Shown: one piece after another, positions 20,263-30,754 of the stretch | Numbering within the stretch: the first letter of the stretch is position 1 | Layout: the number at the start of each line of letters is the position of its first letter | NCBI GenBank assembly: GCA_963667175.2 | Contig: CAXXXF010000015.1 | Span: forward strand, 320,001-384,000 | From: Candidatus Latescibacterota bacterium | Lineage (GTDB): Bacteria > Latescibacterota > UBA2968 > GCA-2709665 | Length of the DNA stretch: 64,000 nt | Direction: 5' to 3' | The notes under the pieces: generated by a model | Seen by the model: only the letters and a program-made list of their open reading frames with translations | What the model was told of the DNA's origin: nothing | Database searches by the model: none | Program-made: the position numbers and the translations under genes

Positions 20263-20889
20263 ATGCGCGAAACCATCTTCTGGGACGTGGATACCCAGTA
20301 TGATTTCATCATGCCAGACGGCAAACTGTACATCCAGGCGGCGGAGAAGATCCTGCCCAACCTGGAGCGGCTCACCGCCTGCGCCCGGACGCGGAATATC
20401 CCCATCTTCGGGTCCGTAGACTACCACAATCCCGACGATCCGGAGATTTCGGATTCGCCCGACTTCCAGGACACCTTTCCCCCGCACTGTCTCAAGGACA
20501 CCCCGGGCCAGCGAAAGGTCGCGGAAACACGCCCGGTAAATCCGCTGTGGATCGACGGCGACGTGGAAGACCCCTCGGCCCTCGGAGAGCGGGTCCGGAA
20601 CCACGCCGGCGAGGTCATCTTCCGGAAACAACGCTTCGACGTCTTCACCAACCGGAACGTGGAACCGGTCCTGGATGCCGTCCGACCCGGGCGCATCGTC
20701 CTGTACGGCGTTGCCCTGGACGTCTGCAACGCCTACGCCATCGACGGCTTTCTCGAGAGGAACACCGCTCCCGTCCAACTGGTCCTGGACGCCACGCAGG
20801 CCATCTTCCCCGAACGCGGAGAAACGCTCGTGGAAGACTGGAAGGCCAGGGGCGTGACGGTCGTGTCTACCGACGAGATTAGCGGATAG
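20263..20889 (+). CDS. Isochorismatase/nicotinamidase family cysteine hydrolase
   Basis: DVDTQYDF, DYH, FPPHC, K and GVALDVC. Confidence 0.85.
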   Translation: MRETIFWDVDTQYDFIMPDGKLYIQAAEKILPNLERLTACARTRNIPIFGSVDYHNPDDPEISDSPDFQDTFPPHCLKDTPGQRKVAETRPVNPLWIDGDVEDPSALGERVRNHAGEVIFRKQRFDVFTNRNVEPVLDAVRPGRIVLYGVALDVCNAYAIDGFLERNTAPVQLVLDATQAIFPERGETLVEDWKARGVTVVSTDEISG

Positions 20890-20933
20890 CGAAATCCGCG
20901 TTTTCCTTATATCGACGCATACACGCGCCGGCC

Positions 20934-22037
20934 CTATTTCCCCGCCGCCACGTCGAGGTCCGGATCCTTGAACAGGTCCAGGTACCTGCCGTATCCGTTC
21001 GTCTTCAGCTCATCCACCGGAATAAAACGCAACGACGCCGAATTGATGCAATAGCGCAGCCCGGTCGGCGGCGGTCCGTCCGGGAAGACGTGGCCAAGGT
21101 GGGAGTCTCCGTATTTGCTGCGGACCTCCGTGCGGGACATGAAGAGGCTGTTGTCGGCGCGTTCCACCACGTGCCCGGAAACCAGGGGCTGCGTGAAACT
21201 CGGCCATCCGGTTCCCGACCGGTATTTGTGCGTGGAGCTGAAGAGCGGTTCGCCCGAGACAATATCCACGTAGATGCCCGCCTTCTTGTTGTCCCAGTAC
21301 TCGTTGCGGAACGGCCGCTCGGTGCCGTCTTCCTGGGTTACGTTCCATTGGAGCGGCGTGAGCTTCCGTCGAAGGTCGGCTTCGGGGGGTTTGACCCAGT
21401 TCCCACTCGATGAATTCGCGGGTTTGCCGGGCCCCCAGATCCGCTCGATGAACCGGTCGCGGCCCGAGCCCTTCCGGTAACGATTGTAGTGGTCCGGCTT
21501 CTTCCTGTAGTAGTCCTGGTGGTAATTCTCCGCGGGGTAGAAGGTTTCCGCGGGGCGGATGGGCGTGACGACGGGGGCGTCGAACCGGCCGGATCCCGCG
21601 AGCGCTTCTTTCGACGCCTCGGCGAGCTTTTTCTGCTCGTCGTCGTGGTAGAAAATGGCGGACGTGTACTGGTGGCCCCGGTCATAGAACGACCCCCCGG
21701 CATCGGTGGGGTCGAACTGCCGCCAGTAGACGTCAAGCAGTTGGGCGTAGGTGACGACAGCGGGGTCGTAAGTGACCAGCACCGCCTCGATGTGCCTGGT
21801 TTGGCCTTTGCTGACCTGCCCGTACGTGGGCTTCACGATCATTCCGCCGGTATAGCCGGATACCGCGGAGACCACGCCTTCCAGCTTGTCGAAAGGGGCT
21901 TCGATGCACCAGAAGCAGCCCCCGGCGAACGTGGCCTGCGCCACGTTTTTCGTTTCGGACCGCCCGTCGCCGGCGCCCAGGGCCAGGGCGACAATCAGAG
22001 CGGCTGCGGCAAGCAGCAGCACAAGGGTCGTTTTCAT
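20934..22037 (-). CDS. msrAB: Secreted bifunctional peptide-methionine sulfoxide reductase MsrA/MsrB
   Basis: Signal peptide; MsrA FAGGCFW and AENYHQDYY; MsrB GTERPF, GWPSF, HLGHVF and RYCINS. Confidence 0.93.
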   Translation of the reverse strand: MKTTLVLLLAAAALIVALALGAGDGRSETKNVAQATFAGGCFWCIEAPFDKLEGVVSAVSGYTGGMIVKPTYGQVSKGQTRHIEAVLVTYDPAVVTYAQLLDVYWRQFDPTDAGGSFYDRGHQYTSAIFYHDDEQKKLAEASKEALAGSGRFDAPVVTPIRPAETFYPAENYHQDYYRKKPDHYNRYRKGSGRDRFIERIWGPGKPANSSSGNWVKPPEADLRRKLTPLQWNVTQEDGTERPFRNEYWDNKKAGIYVDIVSGEPLFSSTHKYRSGTGWPSFTQPLVSGHVVERADNSLFMSRTEVRSKYGDSHLGHVFPDGPPPTGLRYCINSASLRFIPVDELKTNGYGRYLDLFKDPDLDVAAGK

Positions 22038-22149
22038 CCGGGTTCCTCCTGACACACCCGATATTCGGGGAAAATTGCGCGCGGTCGCGCTGATGCGCTG
22101 ATTCGATGTACTTTGACGTAACGCCTGTCGGCAGGGAATGGTTGCACGG

Positions 22150-22240
22150 AACTGTAAGGAGGGGGAGAGGTCTGCGGGGCCGGGAGGGGTTCGCATTTGG
22201 CTGACTGCTGAGAGCTGACCGCTGATTGCTGCCTTTTGCT
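22150..22240. repeat. Partial repeat (module B end plus GCTGAC heptamers)
   Basis: ggggggagaggtctgcgggg and ggctgactgctgagagctgaccgctgattgctg. Confidence 0.6.
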
Positions 22241-22262
22241 GTCTTGCCCGACGTTTTCACAC

Positions 22263-22291
22263 TTGATATCTATACATTTGTGCAGTATATT
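22263..22291 (+). promoter_or_regulatory. Sigma70-type promoter, probably leaderless, with a palindrome in the spacer
   Basis: TTGATA-17 bp-TATATT ends 6 nt before GTG 22298; TATAC-N4-GTGCA lies in the spacer. Confidence 0.55.
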
Positions 22292-22297
22292 CAGGAC

Positions 22298-23095
22298 GTG
22301 GCGCATTCGCATCTGGAAATCGAAGAGACCGCGGCGCGGTCGGTCCTGATGCCGCAGGACGGCCCGCCCGTTACCCGGTACACCCTGAATCCGTACGCCG
22401 GATGCGGCATGGGGTGCGCGTATTGCTACGTGATGAAATACCCGTACGCCGAGGAACACCCCCTGCCGTGGGGCGCATGGGTTCAGCCCAAAACGAACGC
22501 GCCCTTTCTTCTGGGCAAGGCGCGGGACAAGATCTGGGGCCGGCGGATCTTCGTGGGTTCGGCCACCGACCCGTACCAATACGTGGAGCGCCAGTACCGC
22601 CTGACCCGCCGATGCCTGAACGTGCTGGAGGACAGCAACCCGAAGGACGTCGTGGTGCATACGCGGAGTCATCTGATCCTGGACGACGTGGAATTGCTCC
22701 GGGCGTTCAAGTCCCCGTTGCGGGTGTGCTTCTCCGTCCCGACGGACGACGACCGCGTGCGCAAAAAGCTGGAGCCGCACGCCCCGCGCATCGACCTGCG
22801 GCTGAAGACCATGAGGCGCCTCAGGGCCGAAGGCATTCACGTTACCGCGGCGGTGGCGCCTCTGCTCCACTGCGACCCGGCCCGCTTCGCCCGGGTGCTT
22901 CACGACGCCGCGGACGACGTCTACACCACGTCGATGCGCTATACCGACAAAACGGGCATTCAATCGACGGACAGAGCCCGGGCCTATTTCGAGAGCGCCC
23001 GGTACAGAGACCTGGTTGACGAAATGGACCGCTGCCTCGACGCGGCGGGTCTGAAGACGAACGGAGACGACGAAAGAGAATTCGCGTCGAGATGA
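22298..23095 (+). CDS. Radical SAM protein, SplB/Rv2578c-like (DNA-repair associated)
   Basis: LNPYAGCGMGCAYCY (CxxxCxxC), GSATDPYQ..E..Y.LTR..L and LEP.AP. Confidence 0.85.
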   Translation: MAHSHLEIEETAARSVLMPQDGPPVTRYTLNPYAGCGMGCAYCYVMKYPYAEEHPLPWGAWVQPKTNAPFLLGKARDKIWGRRIFVGSATDPYQYVERQYRLTRRCLNVLEDSNPKDVVVHTRSHLILDDVELLRAFKSPLRVCFSVPTDDDRVRKKLEPHAPRIDLRLKTMRRLRAEGIHVTAAVAPLLHCDPARFARVLHDAADDVYTTSMRYTDKTGIQSTDRARAYFESARYRDLVDEMDRCLDAAGLKTNGDDEREFASR

Positions 23096-23283
23096 ACGCG
23101 TGTGTGCCACACTGGTGGAAAAACTACCGCATGTTTCTTTGGACAAATGGTGCTAAGCGGTGTATCTTTTGAAGATGGGATTGTCGCTATCTTAGCCGTA
23201 AAAAATTCTCGGCCTCGGATTACGGATCGAGAGGGTAAAGCGTAAAGAGGATAAAGAAAGTGGAAATACGTGGAGGTGATCCC

Positions 23284-24366
23284 ATGTGCCAGATTATATT
23301 GGACGTGGTTGCAAACAACGAGTTGGGTGGTCATTCGACAAATGAACAAGGTGCGGTACCCCTGCCCGCCGATGGCGACGTGCATCGTCGTGGGGATGTA
23401 TTCATCCATTTCGATCGATCCGAAAAGCTGTATGACCATTGGCCGGCTCCGACCTGCATTGTCTCGGATGGTCCGTATGGACTCAGCGGATTTCCAGGGG
23501 ACCTTCCAACTCCAAAGGATCTCTGCGACTGGTATCGACCTCACGTTAGCGCCTGGTCAGAACGGGCATCTCCGATAACGACGTTGTGGTTTTGGAACTC
23601 TGAAGTCGGATGGGCGACGGTCCATCCACTTCTGTTGGAGTATGGTTGGGAATATCGGGCCTGCCATGTGTGGGATAAGGGCTTGGGACACGTCGCCGGT
23701 AATTCGAATACGTCGACGCTGCGTAGATTTCCGGTTGTAACGGAAGTTTGTGTACAGTACACGAAAGAGGCCCAGTTTCACAAGGGCGATCGTACGATGA
23801 ACATGCAGGAATGGCTCCGACATGAGTGGAGACGATCCGGACTTCCCTTCAGGCTTGCCAATGAGGCCTGCGGCGTCGTCAATGCCGCTACCCGGAAGTA
23901 TCTTACAGGAGACCACATGTGGTATTATCCACCAGTTGATGCATTTGTTCGCATGTCCGATTACGTAAATGCCAATGGAAATCAAGAAGGACGACCATAT
24001 TTCAGTATAGATGGCAGACGGCCGGTCTCTGGTGATGAATGGAGACGTATGCGAGCTAAGTTCCGATGTCCTGCGGGAGTAACGAACGTCTGGCAACATC
24101 CCCAGGTGTCTGGTTCGGAGAGAGTGAACGGAACACGAACTCGTATGAAGTGGAAGTACAAGAGTCTTCATGGAAGTCAGAAGCCGCTTAAACTCGTTGA
24201 ATTGACCATTGTTTCAACGACGGATCCCCAGGATATCGTATGGGAACCTTTTGGAGGATTGTGTCCTGCTGCTGTATGTTCGTGGAAACACTCCAGGAAG
24301 TGCTATAGCGCAGAAGTCCTCCCTGAATTCTACTCGGCTGCTGCTCACCGTCTGGATTTTGCATAA
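23284..24366 (+). CDS. Site-specific DNA methyltransferase (N4-C/N6-A, beta-class order)
   Basis: Motif IV-like SDGPYG near the N-terminus, HGSQKP and motif I-like WEPFGG near the C-terminus; SD GGAGGTG; AT-richer DNA. Confidence 0.8.
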   Translation: MCQIILDVVANNELGGHSTNEQGAVPLPADGDVHRRGDVFIHFDRSEKLYDHWPAPTCIVSDGPYGLSGFPGDLPTPKDLCDWYRPHVSAWSERASPITTLWFWNSEVGWATVHPLLLEYGWEYRACHVWDKGLGHVAGNSNTSTLRRFPVVTEVCVQYTKEAQFHKGDRTMNMQEWLRHEWRRSGLPFRLANEACGVVNAATRKYLTGDHMWYYPPVDAFVRMSDYVNANGNQEGRPYFSIDGRRPVSGDEWRRMRAKFRCPAGVTNVWQHPQVSGSERVNGTRTRMKWKYKSLHGSQKPLKLVELTIVSTTDPQDIVWEPFGGLCPAAVCSWKHSRKCYSAEVLPEFYSAAAHRLDFA

Positions 24367-25151
24367 TGGATGCCAATGCTATACCTCCCGCGCCATTACG
24401 TATTGAACCCACAACTTGGGAACATTACGATCTATGGTTGAGAGTTCAGGAGGCAATTCGAGCCGTTCCAGATCGGTTTTCTACGCCAACGTCGATCGAA
24501 GGACTCCTTGTTACGGATATTTTCACGCTCAATACGCCGCTGGCAGCAACGATTGAAGAGCAAGTCGTCAGAACGCTGAATACGCTGAGACCCGTGTGGG
24601 ACCCAAATGGGAAATATCAGACCTATTCGTTTGTTAGACAACCTCAGACATTTCCGGATGTAGTGCTCAGAAGGACCGATGATGGACAAACTATCCTGAT
24701 GGGAATTGAACTCAAGGGTTGGTATCTTCTGGCGCGAGAAGGCGTCCCTACCTATCGATTTACGACTACGGCGGCGGCTTGCCATCCCTGGGATTTGATG
24801 GTTGTGATGCCGTGGGTTTTGTCAAACGTGCTTTCCGGTTCACCAGTGATCTTTGCTCCGTTCGTTGAGACCGCCCTATATTGCGCTCAACAACGTAACT
24901 ACTATTGGCAGTACGAAAGAGCAGCCGAGTCGAATTCCACCATCCATGTTCCGGACGACGTTGGCCCATATCCGCTTAAGAGCGATCAGATCTCCGACAA
25001 ACCAGCGCATGACGGCGGTGGGAATTTTGGACGGATTGCGAGATACGGAATCATGAATGAGTATATTGAACGTATGAAGGCAACGCGCATCCGAGGAGTA
25101 AGGGTGTCGGACTGGTTAAAATTCCTGGAATTGCACGCTGCGAATAGATAG
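24366..25151 (+). CDS. Putative type II restriction endonuclease (PD-(D/E)XK)
   Basis: FPDVVL...GIELKGW fits PD-xn-ExK; translationally coupled to the MTase through TAATG. Confidence 0.6.
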   Translation: MDANAIPPAPLRIEPTTWEHYDLWLRVQEAIRAVPDRFSTPTSIEGLLVTDIFTLNTPLAATIEEQVVRTLNTLRPVWDPNGKYQTYSFVRQPQTFPDVVLRRTDDGQTILMGIELKGWYLLAREGVPTYRFTTTAAACHPWDLMVVMPWVLSNVLSGSPVIFAPFVETALYCAQQRNYYWQYERAAESNSTIHVPDDVGPYPLKSDQISDKPAHDGGGNFGRIARYGIMNEYIERMKATRIRGVRVSDWLKFLELHAANR

Positions 25152-25403
25152 TGCTACCTATACGGTCCGTGCGAAATGTGATTAGTGAGTCTTTTGATAC
25201 CCTCAGACAAGTTCCGCAATATGCCAGGAAACAGACTTCGGATTCGTACTTTCATGTAAACGATCCTGCACAGTTTTCGCCGATCTCGAGTGGCCCACGA
25301 AAATTACTGAAACCGAGTTTTTCGAGATCATCAGCAAGTTGCCCAGGGCAAAAACGTACCCCTTCCTGCAAGTCCTACCGCACGCGTCAGTCTCCCGTTA
25401 GTC

Positions 25404-28400
25404 CTATCGCGAATTCGATTCGTCCCCACTGACATCGATAACAACGACGGATATCCTTCGAGCTTCCTCATCGGAAAGCGTGGCCTCCAGTCGTTCCCGA
25501 AGTTCACCGGGAGTACCTGGACGCGTCCCCGACGGGTCTGGCTTTGTGTACTCTTTGCCGAACCAGAACACCAGATAGACGCCATGACCTTCCGCGCCCG
25601 GATCTCGGGTGTACCTGGCGATCAGTTGTGTCCTGATCGCGTTCCAAAGATCGGGGTGGTTGTTCTTTTTTATCTCCACCGGCACGTTGGAGCCCTCGTA
25701 GCTGACTCGAATATCTGATCGTTTGTCGTTTACGTAACGACCCTCTGGCTGGGCGTCAAGCTGCAACGGGTCTAATTTATACTTCAAATCGGATAGCAGC
25801 GAGTCCCGGCAGTGTTCTTCATGTTTCGGTTTTCGGACTTTCTTGTCAGAAGGGTTTTCCCAATATTGACGCCAGTCGGAGGTGTTGCCGTCTCGTATGT
25901 TTCGTCCGACGTCCTGCAGATGATCCGTCACGAGAGCGGCGAGATCCGCGGCGTTGGCGGGACTGCCGTTGTCCAGGGTTCGGCAGACCTCCTGGATTTC
26001 GGGATGGCAATATGCGGCGTCTCTGCGAATGACCCTCTGGGAATCTCGCGCCCGAGACAACACCATGTGCCATCGGGACAGATCCGGTTCGGCAAGAAGC
26101 CTTTCCAGGGCGTCGCTCGCGTCCTTGTCGGGTGAAGCAGCAAGGCGTTGAATAAACGCATGCACAAGTTCTGAGTCCGTGTTTACAGACGCATTCCATT
26201 CGTCTTCCCGTTCGTGCCGCAGCTTGTAGGGTCGGAAGTAACTTCCAAAAAGGCGAACGAGAACTTCCAATACCGGAATTCCCAGTTCAACGTCCGCAAG
26301 TGAGAAGCCCGCGCGTGCGAACACGTATGGGAAAAACCCTGCCAGGTTTCGCACCCGCCTCTGTTGACCCTGCACAAAGTCTGCCAAAGGGATTGAGTAC
26401 ACCTCGGGCGCAATAACGACCGCCGCGGCCAACCAGCGCACCCGTTGAGCAACATTCATGCTTTTTTTAGCTAGCTTTCTATCGATCAGTTTTTTAAAGG
26501 ACATCGGATCCGCGTGTCGAAGAGCTGCCCAAAGGAGATAGTCCAGCGCTTCAATCTGTATTGCGCTACAACGCGTGGGAAATGCCCTCAAAAACGGCAA
26601 GCTGGCGAGGTTCGCGACCTGGGCGTGTTCTTTGGTACGCGGGAGTGCAAAAATCCCAGAAATCGCCCCACTGCCACTGCGAAGCTCGGAAAGTCCACAC
26701 CGTACCAGCATTTCGGCAACGACGTCCGGGCGCGCGTTCCGGATTCGTTGATACCAGTTGGGCTCGTGGGAACTGCCCGAACAGAAATGGAACGCGAGCG
26801 CCCTGCGCATTTCGTCTTCGTTGAACTGAGAAAACTCCTCTGGCGCAGATTGTCCGATCTCTTCCAGGGCCGCAAGGAAGGGCCATCCGATATGATATAC
26901 CTGGCCGTTACTCTTAAGACCGAGAATCTCTTCCACACCTGGAATGTCCTCCCTTTCGATGACGCCGCGGATTCCAACACGAACCGCATCGATCAGGCTC
27001 TGATCCGATCCCAAGTCATTCTCAATGTCTCGCGTACCCCCGGCGATGCGGAGATTGATCGAGTCCGCGAAATATTTGCCGGCGACGTGGTAGAGCAGAC
27101 CGTGGGCGGCCCGGTTCTCACGCAATGCTGCCTGGTTAGCCCGGAGACGGTCCAGCCATTGCTCTTCTTTCCGCCGTCGCCCGTCAATGTAACGGGACGT
27201 AGTACCGCCACTGTCTTTCACTCCAGAGGCGCCTGGAATGGATTGTGGCGCGCGTAGTCGATCCAGCCTCTCCCTGAGTCTCGGATGTTTCTGAGCGCAA
27301 TCCACCAGGAGATCGAGCGAGAGGCCTTGACTGCCCCACCGATTCTGATATGCGATGACTGCCCTTTGAAGCATGTGCAACGCCACGTCAGGTTTCGTGT
27401 CCGCGACAATAGCGGCATGCTTCAGACACCAAACGCCGAAGTCGGGGGGAGGTTTCGCATCGTAGAGACGCCATTCTATTTTAAGCGCGCGTATTTCGAA
27501 ATCACTGTTGTCCAATTCATCGCAACGGTTCAACCCCTCGGCGTACACTCTCTTATATAGCTGCGGGCGTTCCTCCAACCAGGACCTTATTTCACGAACA
27601 GCGTCTTCGTCGCCATTCCGAACGCCATGAGCGTCCGAAATACCGACACTGAGCCAGTTGTACAGTCGTTCCGTCTCTACGGCTTTCTCCTGTGATTTCA
27701 GGGCGCGAGCCAGTAATCTCAGCGGAAGTCGTTCGAGGCGGAGGCGGCCTTCCAGTGCGGAACGCAAGTCAGGAAGCCTCTGCTGCAAAGCGTCCAGGAG
27801 TTCGACAGTCTGCTGGTCCGAAGACCCTTTCAGAAGCTCATGCTCCCAGAACCACCAGTACGCGCCAATTAAATCCGTTTCCCAAGTCTCGGACAGGTAT
27901 TCCCATATTTCCCCCGGAAGCACGTAACGGGGATAAAGCCGCGTTAACAGGGTGCCGAGAAGCTCGTTGTCCGGATCGGATACACGACCGGCTTCAACAT
28001 CCTTTAGCAGCGACTTGAGAGTTCCAATTTGGTGTTCTTCGTCCTTGGAGCGAACAAATGCATCGAGCGCTAATGCGTTTATGCCCGGCCAACGGGTCTC
28101 ATCGCGGACAATATCAACCAGGAGATCCGAAAGACCCGGAATCGCGTCGGCCTCGCGCAGAAACCGCAACACGAAGGAGACGAACGTCTGTTGTTCGGAT
28201 TCGCGGCTCCGGTTCATCAGGACGTCCTTGAGCGCGGGTTCCATATCGGGTGTGGCGAGAGGACCGAACGCCTCCGCCAATTCAATAGAACCGAGCCTGG
28301 ACACCTCACTGTGAAGAGCGTTCAGGAGCGCCCGCTTTTCGTGCGGCGAAAACCCGTGTATATCGCCATAAAGGCCCACGCCGACGGGGTCTCTGTCGAT

Positions 28401-29498
28401 AAGCACGCTTCGCGCGCTTTTGCTATGCGCTGCCAGCCACGCGGTCAACCCCCGAAGTTCGGTCACGACGATCCCGTCTTCTCCCGTGATGAGAGAGAGA
28501 ACCCGCGAGGCAGGAAGTCCGCCTTCGATCAGTCGTGCGAGGTACCAGGCGCCGAGGTATTCCGCCACGTGCCGGTGAATCGGGCAGAATCGGTTTAGCG
28601 AACCCGATTCTGCCTTGAACAGCTTTGTGGAAAGCACGGACTCGATCGTGTCCGGGTTTTCGTATTCAATTTCACACAAAGACGGGAAGTCCGAATCCTG
28701 ATCTCCCGTGCCCTGTGTGTACCCTTCTTTACCTGAAATCAGCTGGACAGCGCAAAGACGCCCCGCGGCGTCCAACAACTGATTTGTATTCGCCGGCTGA
28801 CTGGCAGCTTCGTGCTCTTCATTGTGCTCGCGAACCAGAATTGAACAGGCTTTCTCAAACGTTTGCAGGCGGCTCTCCGGCCATCGGTCGTTACGGGCTA
28901 CAACGGTGGCCAGCAACTCGAGGGTCAGCGGGTTTTTGAGCAGGCCGTCAATCCTTCGTTCCCGGGCATTCTCCATGAAGGCCGGGGGATCTTTGACGCC
29001 CATGTCTTCCAGGATTCGGACAATATCCGGTTCCGTAAGTGGATCAAGGCGAAGTACGGAAACGTCCCCCGGTGATATGATCTCCAGACGTTCCCTATCG
29101 TTGTTGCCCAGCCAATCCGCTTCCCTGCAGGAAAGGCGGAAACGAGGCCGCCCCAGCTTTTCGAGCTGTCCGCGGAGTTTATCGAAGGGTTCGAGGACGT
29201 TTGAAACGCCAACCCGAACCTCGTCAAGCCCGTCGATAAAGAGTGTCTTGTTGCGCCAATCGGGGTGCAGATCCACGTTTAGGGTGAGAAAGTCGCGGGC
29301 GTCGACCTTGCAGGCTTCTTCTCCATGGGCTTCGCGCTCGATCTCGAACGCCGTGGTCTTCCCCGACCCGGGATCGCCTAACAACACGTACGCCGGAATA
29401 TCCCGAAACTCCGCAAGGGATTGTGAGTCCTTTGACGGATCCCGTTTCTTAACGCCGAGTGGGATTATGGTACACGTGCGTGAAACGACCGTTTTCAT
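25404..29498 (-). CDS. STAND/NACHT NTPase with helical repeats and C-terminal PD-(D/E)XK nuclease (Avs2-like)
   Basis: Walker A GDPGSGKT, Walker B LFIDGLDE, LSCR sensor, NPLTL, HRHVAEYL; C-terminal RSDIRV...PVEIK...QL..RY. Confidence 0.8.
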   Translation of the reverse strand: MKTVVSRTCTIIPLGVKKRDPSKDSQSLAEFRDIPAYVLLGDPGSGKTTAFEIEREAHGEEACKVDARDFLTLNVDLHPDWRNKTLFIDGLDEVRVGVSNVLEPFDKLRGQLEKLGRPRFRLSCREADWLGNNDRERLEIISPGDVSVLRLDPLTEPDIVRILEDMGVKDPPAFMENARERRIDGLLKNPLTLELLATVVARNDRWPESRLQTFEKACSILVREHNEEHEAASQPANTNQLLDAAGRLCAVQLISGKEGYTQGTGDQDSDFPSLCEIEYENPDTIESVLSTKLFKAESGSLNRFCPIHRHVAEYLGAWYLARLIEGGLPASRVLSLITGEDGIVVTELRGLTAWLAAHSKSARSVLIDRDPVGVGLYGDIHGFSPHEKRALLNALHSEVSRLGSIELAEAFGPLATPDMEPALKDVLMNRSRESEQQTFVSFVLRFLREADAIPGLSDLLVDIVRDETRWPGINALALDAFVRSKDEEHQIGTLKSLLKDVEAGRVSDPDNELLGTLLTRLYPRYVLPGEIWEYLSETWETDLIGAYWWFWEHELLKGSSDQQTVELLDALQQRLPDLRSALEGRLRLERLPLRLLARALKSQEKAVETERLYNWLSVGISDAHGVRNGDEDAVREIRSWLEERPQLYKRVYAEGLNRCDELDNSDFEIRALKIEWRLYDAKPPPDFGVWCLKHAAIVADTKPDVALHMLQRAVIAYQNRWGSQGLSLDLLVDCAQKHPRLRERLDRLRAPQSIPGASGVKDSGGTTSRYIDGRRRKEEQWLDRLRANQAALRENRAAHGLLYHVAGKYFADSINLRIAGGTRDIENDLGSDQSLIDAVRVGIRGVIEREDIPGVEEILGLKSNGQVYHIGWPFLAALEEIGQSAPEEFSQFNEDEMRRALAFHFCSGSSHEPNWYQRIRNARPDVVAEMLVRCGLSELRSGSGAISGIFALPRTKEHAQVANLASLPFLRAFPTRCSAIQIEALDYLLWAALRHADPMSFKKLIDRKLAKKSMNVAQRVRWLAAAVVIAPEVYSIPLADFVQGQQRRVRNLAGFFPYVFARAGFSLADVELGIPVLEVLVRLFGSYFRPYKLRHEREDEWNASVNTDSELVHAFIQRLAASPDKDASDALERLLAEPDLSRWHMVLSRARDSQRVIRRDAAYCHPEIQEVCRTLDNGSPANAADLAALVTDHLQDVGRNIRDGNTSDWRQYWENPSDKKVRKPKHEEHCRDSLLSDLKYKLDPLQLDAQPEGRYVNDKRSDIRVSYEGSNVPVEIKKNNHPDLWNAIRTQLIARYTRDPGAEGHGVYLVFWFGKEYTKPDPSGTRPGTPGELRERLEATLSDEEARRISVVVIDVSGDESNSR

Positions 29499-30748
29499 GA
29501 CTCCTCAAACCAGTAATTGGCCGGTACGCTCAGAAACTCATTGAGCCCGATACCGCCTTCTCCGACAAGCAGTGCCCGATACGGACGAAAACGCTGCTTG
29601 AACACGTCCATTCCCCGCAGAGTCAACGGCTTTGTACCGCTTTTGACCTCAATGGCGATGATGCGGGGACCACGTTTCAGGACGAAGTCGACTTCGTGCG
29701 AACCCTCCCGCCAGTAAAAGAGATGAATGTCCCGCGACGCAGTGTTGAACAGATGCGCTCCTGCCGCGCTCTCGAAAATGCGTCCCCAGAACGTGCGGTC
29801 GGCCAGCGCTTCATCAAAAGAATATCCTGAGCCAGCCGTCATCAGGGCGGTGTTGAGCACGATGAGCTTTGGGCTGGAGGCGCGGCGTCGGTACGGCCGG
29901 TTGGAATACTTCGGCAAGCCTGCGACCAGGCCGGCGCTCGAGAGTAAATCGAGGTAACGGGCCAGGGTTGTCGTATTGCCGGCATCCTGCAGTTGGCCCA
30001 GCATCTTCGTGTACGATAGAATCTGCCCCGAATATGCGGCGCCCAATTCGAACACCTGTTCGAGTAGTACCGGTTTGTCCACCCGGACCATTCCGAGGAC
30101 GTCCCGCTCTATGTTGGGCTCGACGACCGCGCCCAGGATATAGTTACGCCAGCGATCGGAGTTTCGCACAAATCTTGCAGCCCCTGGATAGCCGCCGAAG
30201 TAAAGATATTTCTCCAGTGCGAAGTTGAACCCCTCGTTCATTTCCGCTAGCGACCAGTGAGAGACACCGATAGGTTCGAAGCGGCCGGCGAGGCTTTCGC
30301 TCAATCCGGACTGCATCAGCAGGGGGGCCGATCCCAGGATGACCACGTGCAGGGGACAGCCGTTGGCGCGGTCCGCGTCCCACAGGCCCTTCACGGTGTC
30401 GGACCACTGCGGTATCTTCTGAATTTCGTCTATCGCGAGAACAAAACCGCGTCCGAATCGTTCGGCCTCCTGTCGGGCTTCTTCCCAGTTGTTCACCAGC
30501 CACGTCGTGTCACGCACCGATTTTGGAGGGAGGGTAGATGCGACAGTATCTGGAAAAGCGCTACGTTCATTGCTATCGGGTTCGTCCACGGACACGTAGC
30601 GACTGTCGAGGTCAATCTGCTGAAGCGCTTGACGCACGATGGTCGTCTTGCCGGTCTGACGGGGTCCGAAGAGGGCGATGATATGATGCGGCGCCTCGCC
30701 CAACCAATCCATGAGCGTATTCACTTGATCACGCTGGAAGGTTTCCAT
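29495..30748 (-). CDS. AAA_14 ATPase with C-terminal DUF4143 domain
   Basis: GPRQTGKTT, IDEIQ, LGSA, ESLAGRF, GGYP, EVDFV...IEVKSG; overlaps the STAND start by 4 nt (ATGA). Confidence 0.88.
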   Translation of the reverse strand: METFQRDQVNTLMDWLGEAPHHIIALFGPRQTGKTTIVRQALQQIDLDSRYVSVDEPDSNERSAFPDTVASTLPPKSVRDTTWLVNNWEEARQEAERFGRGFVLAIDEIQKIPQWSDTVKGLWDADRANGCPLHVVILGSAPLLMQSGLSESLAGRFEPIGVSHWSLAEMNEGFNFALEKYLYFGGYPGAARFVRNSDRWRNYILGAVVEPNIERDVLGMVRVDKPVLLEQVFELGAAYSGQILSYTKMLGQLQDAGNTTTLARYLDLLSSAGLVAGLPKYSNRPYRRRASSPKLIVLNTALMTAGSGYSFDEALADRTFWGRIFESAAGAHLFNTASRDIHLFYWREGSHEVDFVLKRGPRIIAIEVKSGTKPLTLRGMDVFKQRFRPYRALLVGEGGIGLNEFLSVPANYWFEES

Positions 30749-30754
30749 ACTGGT

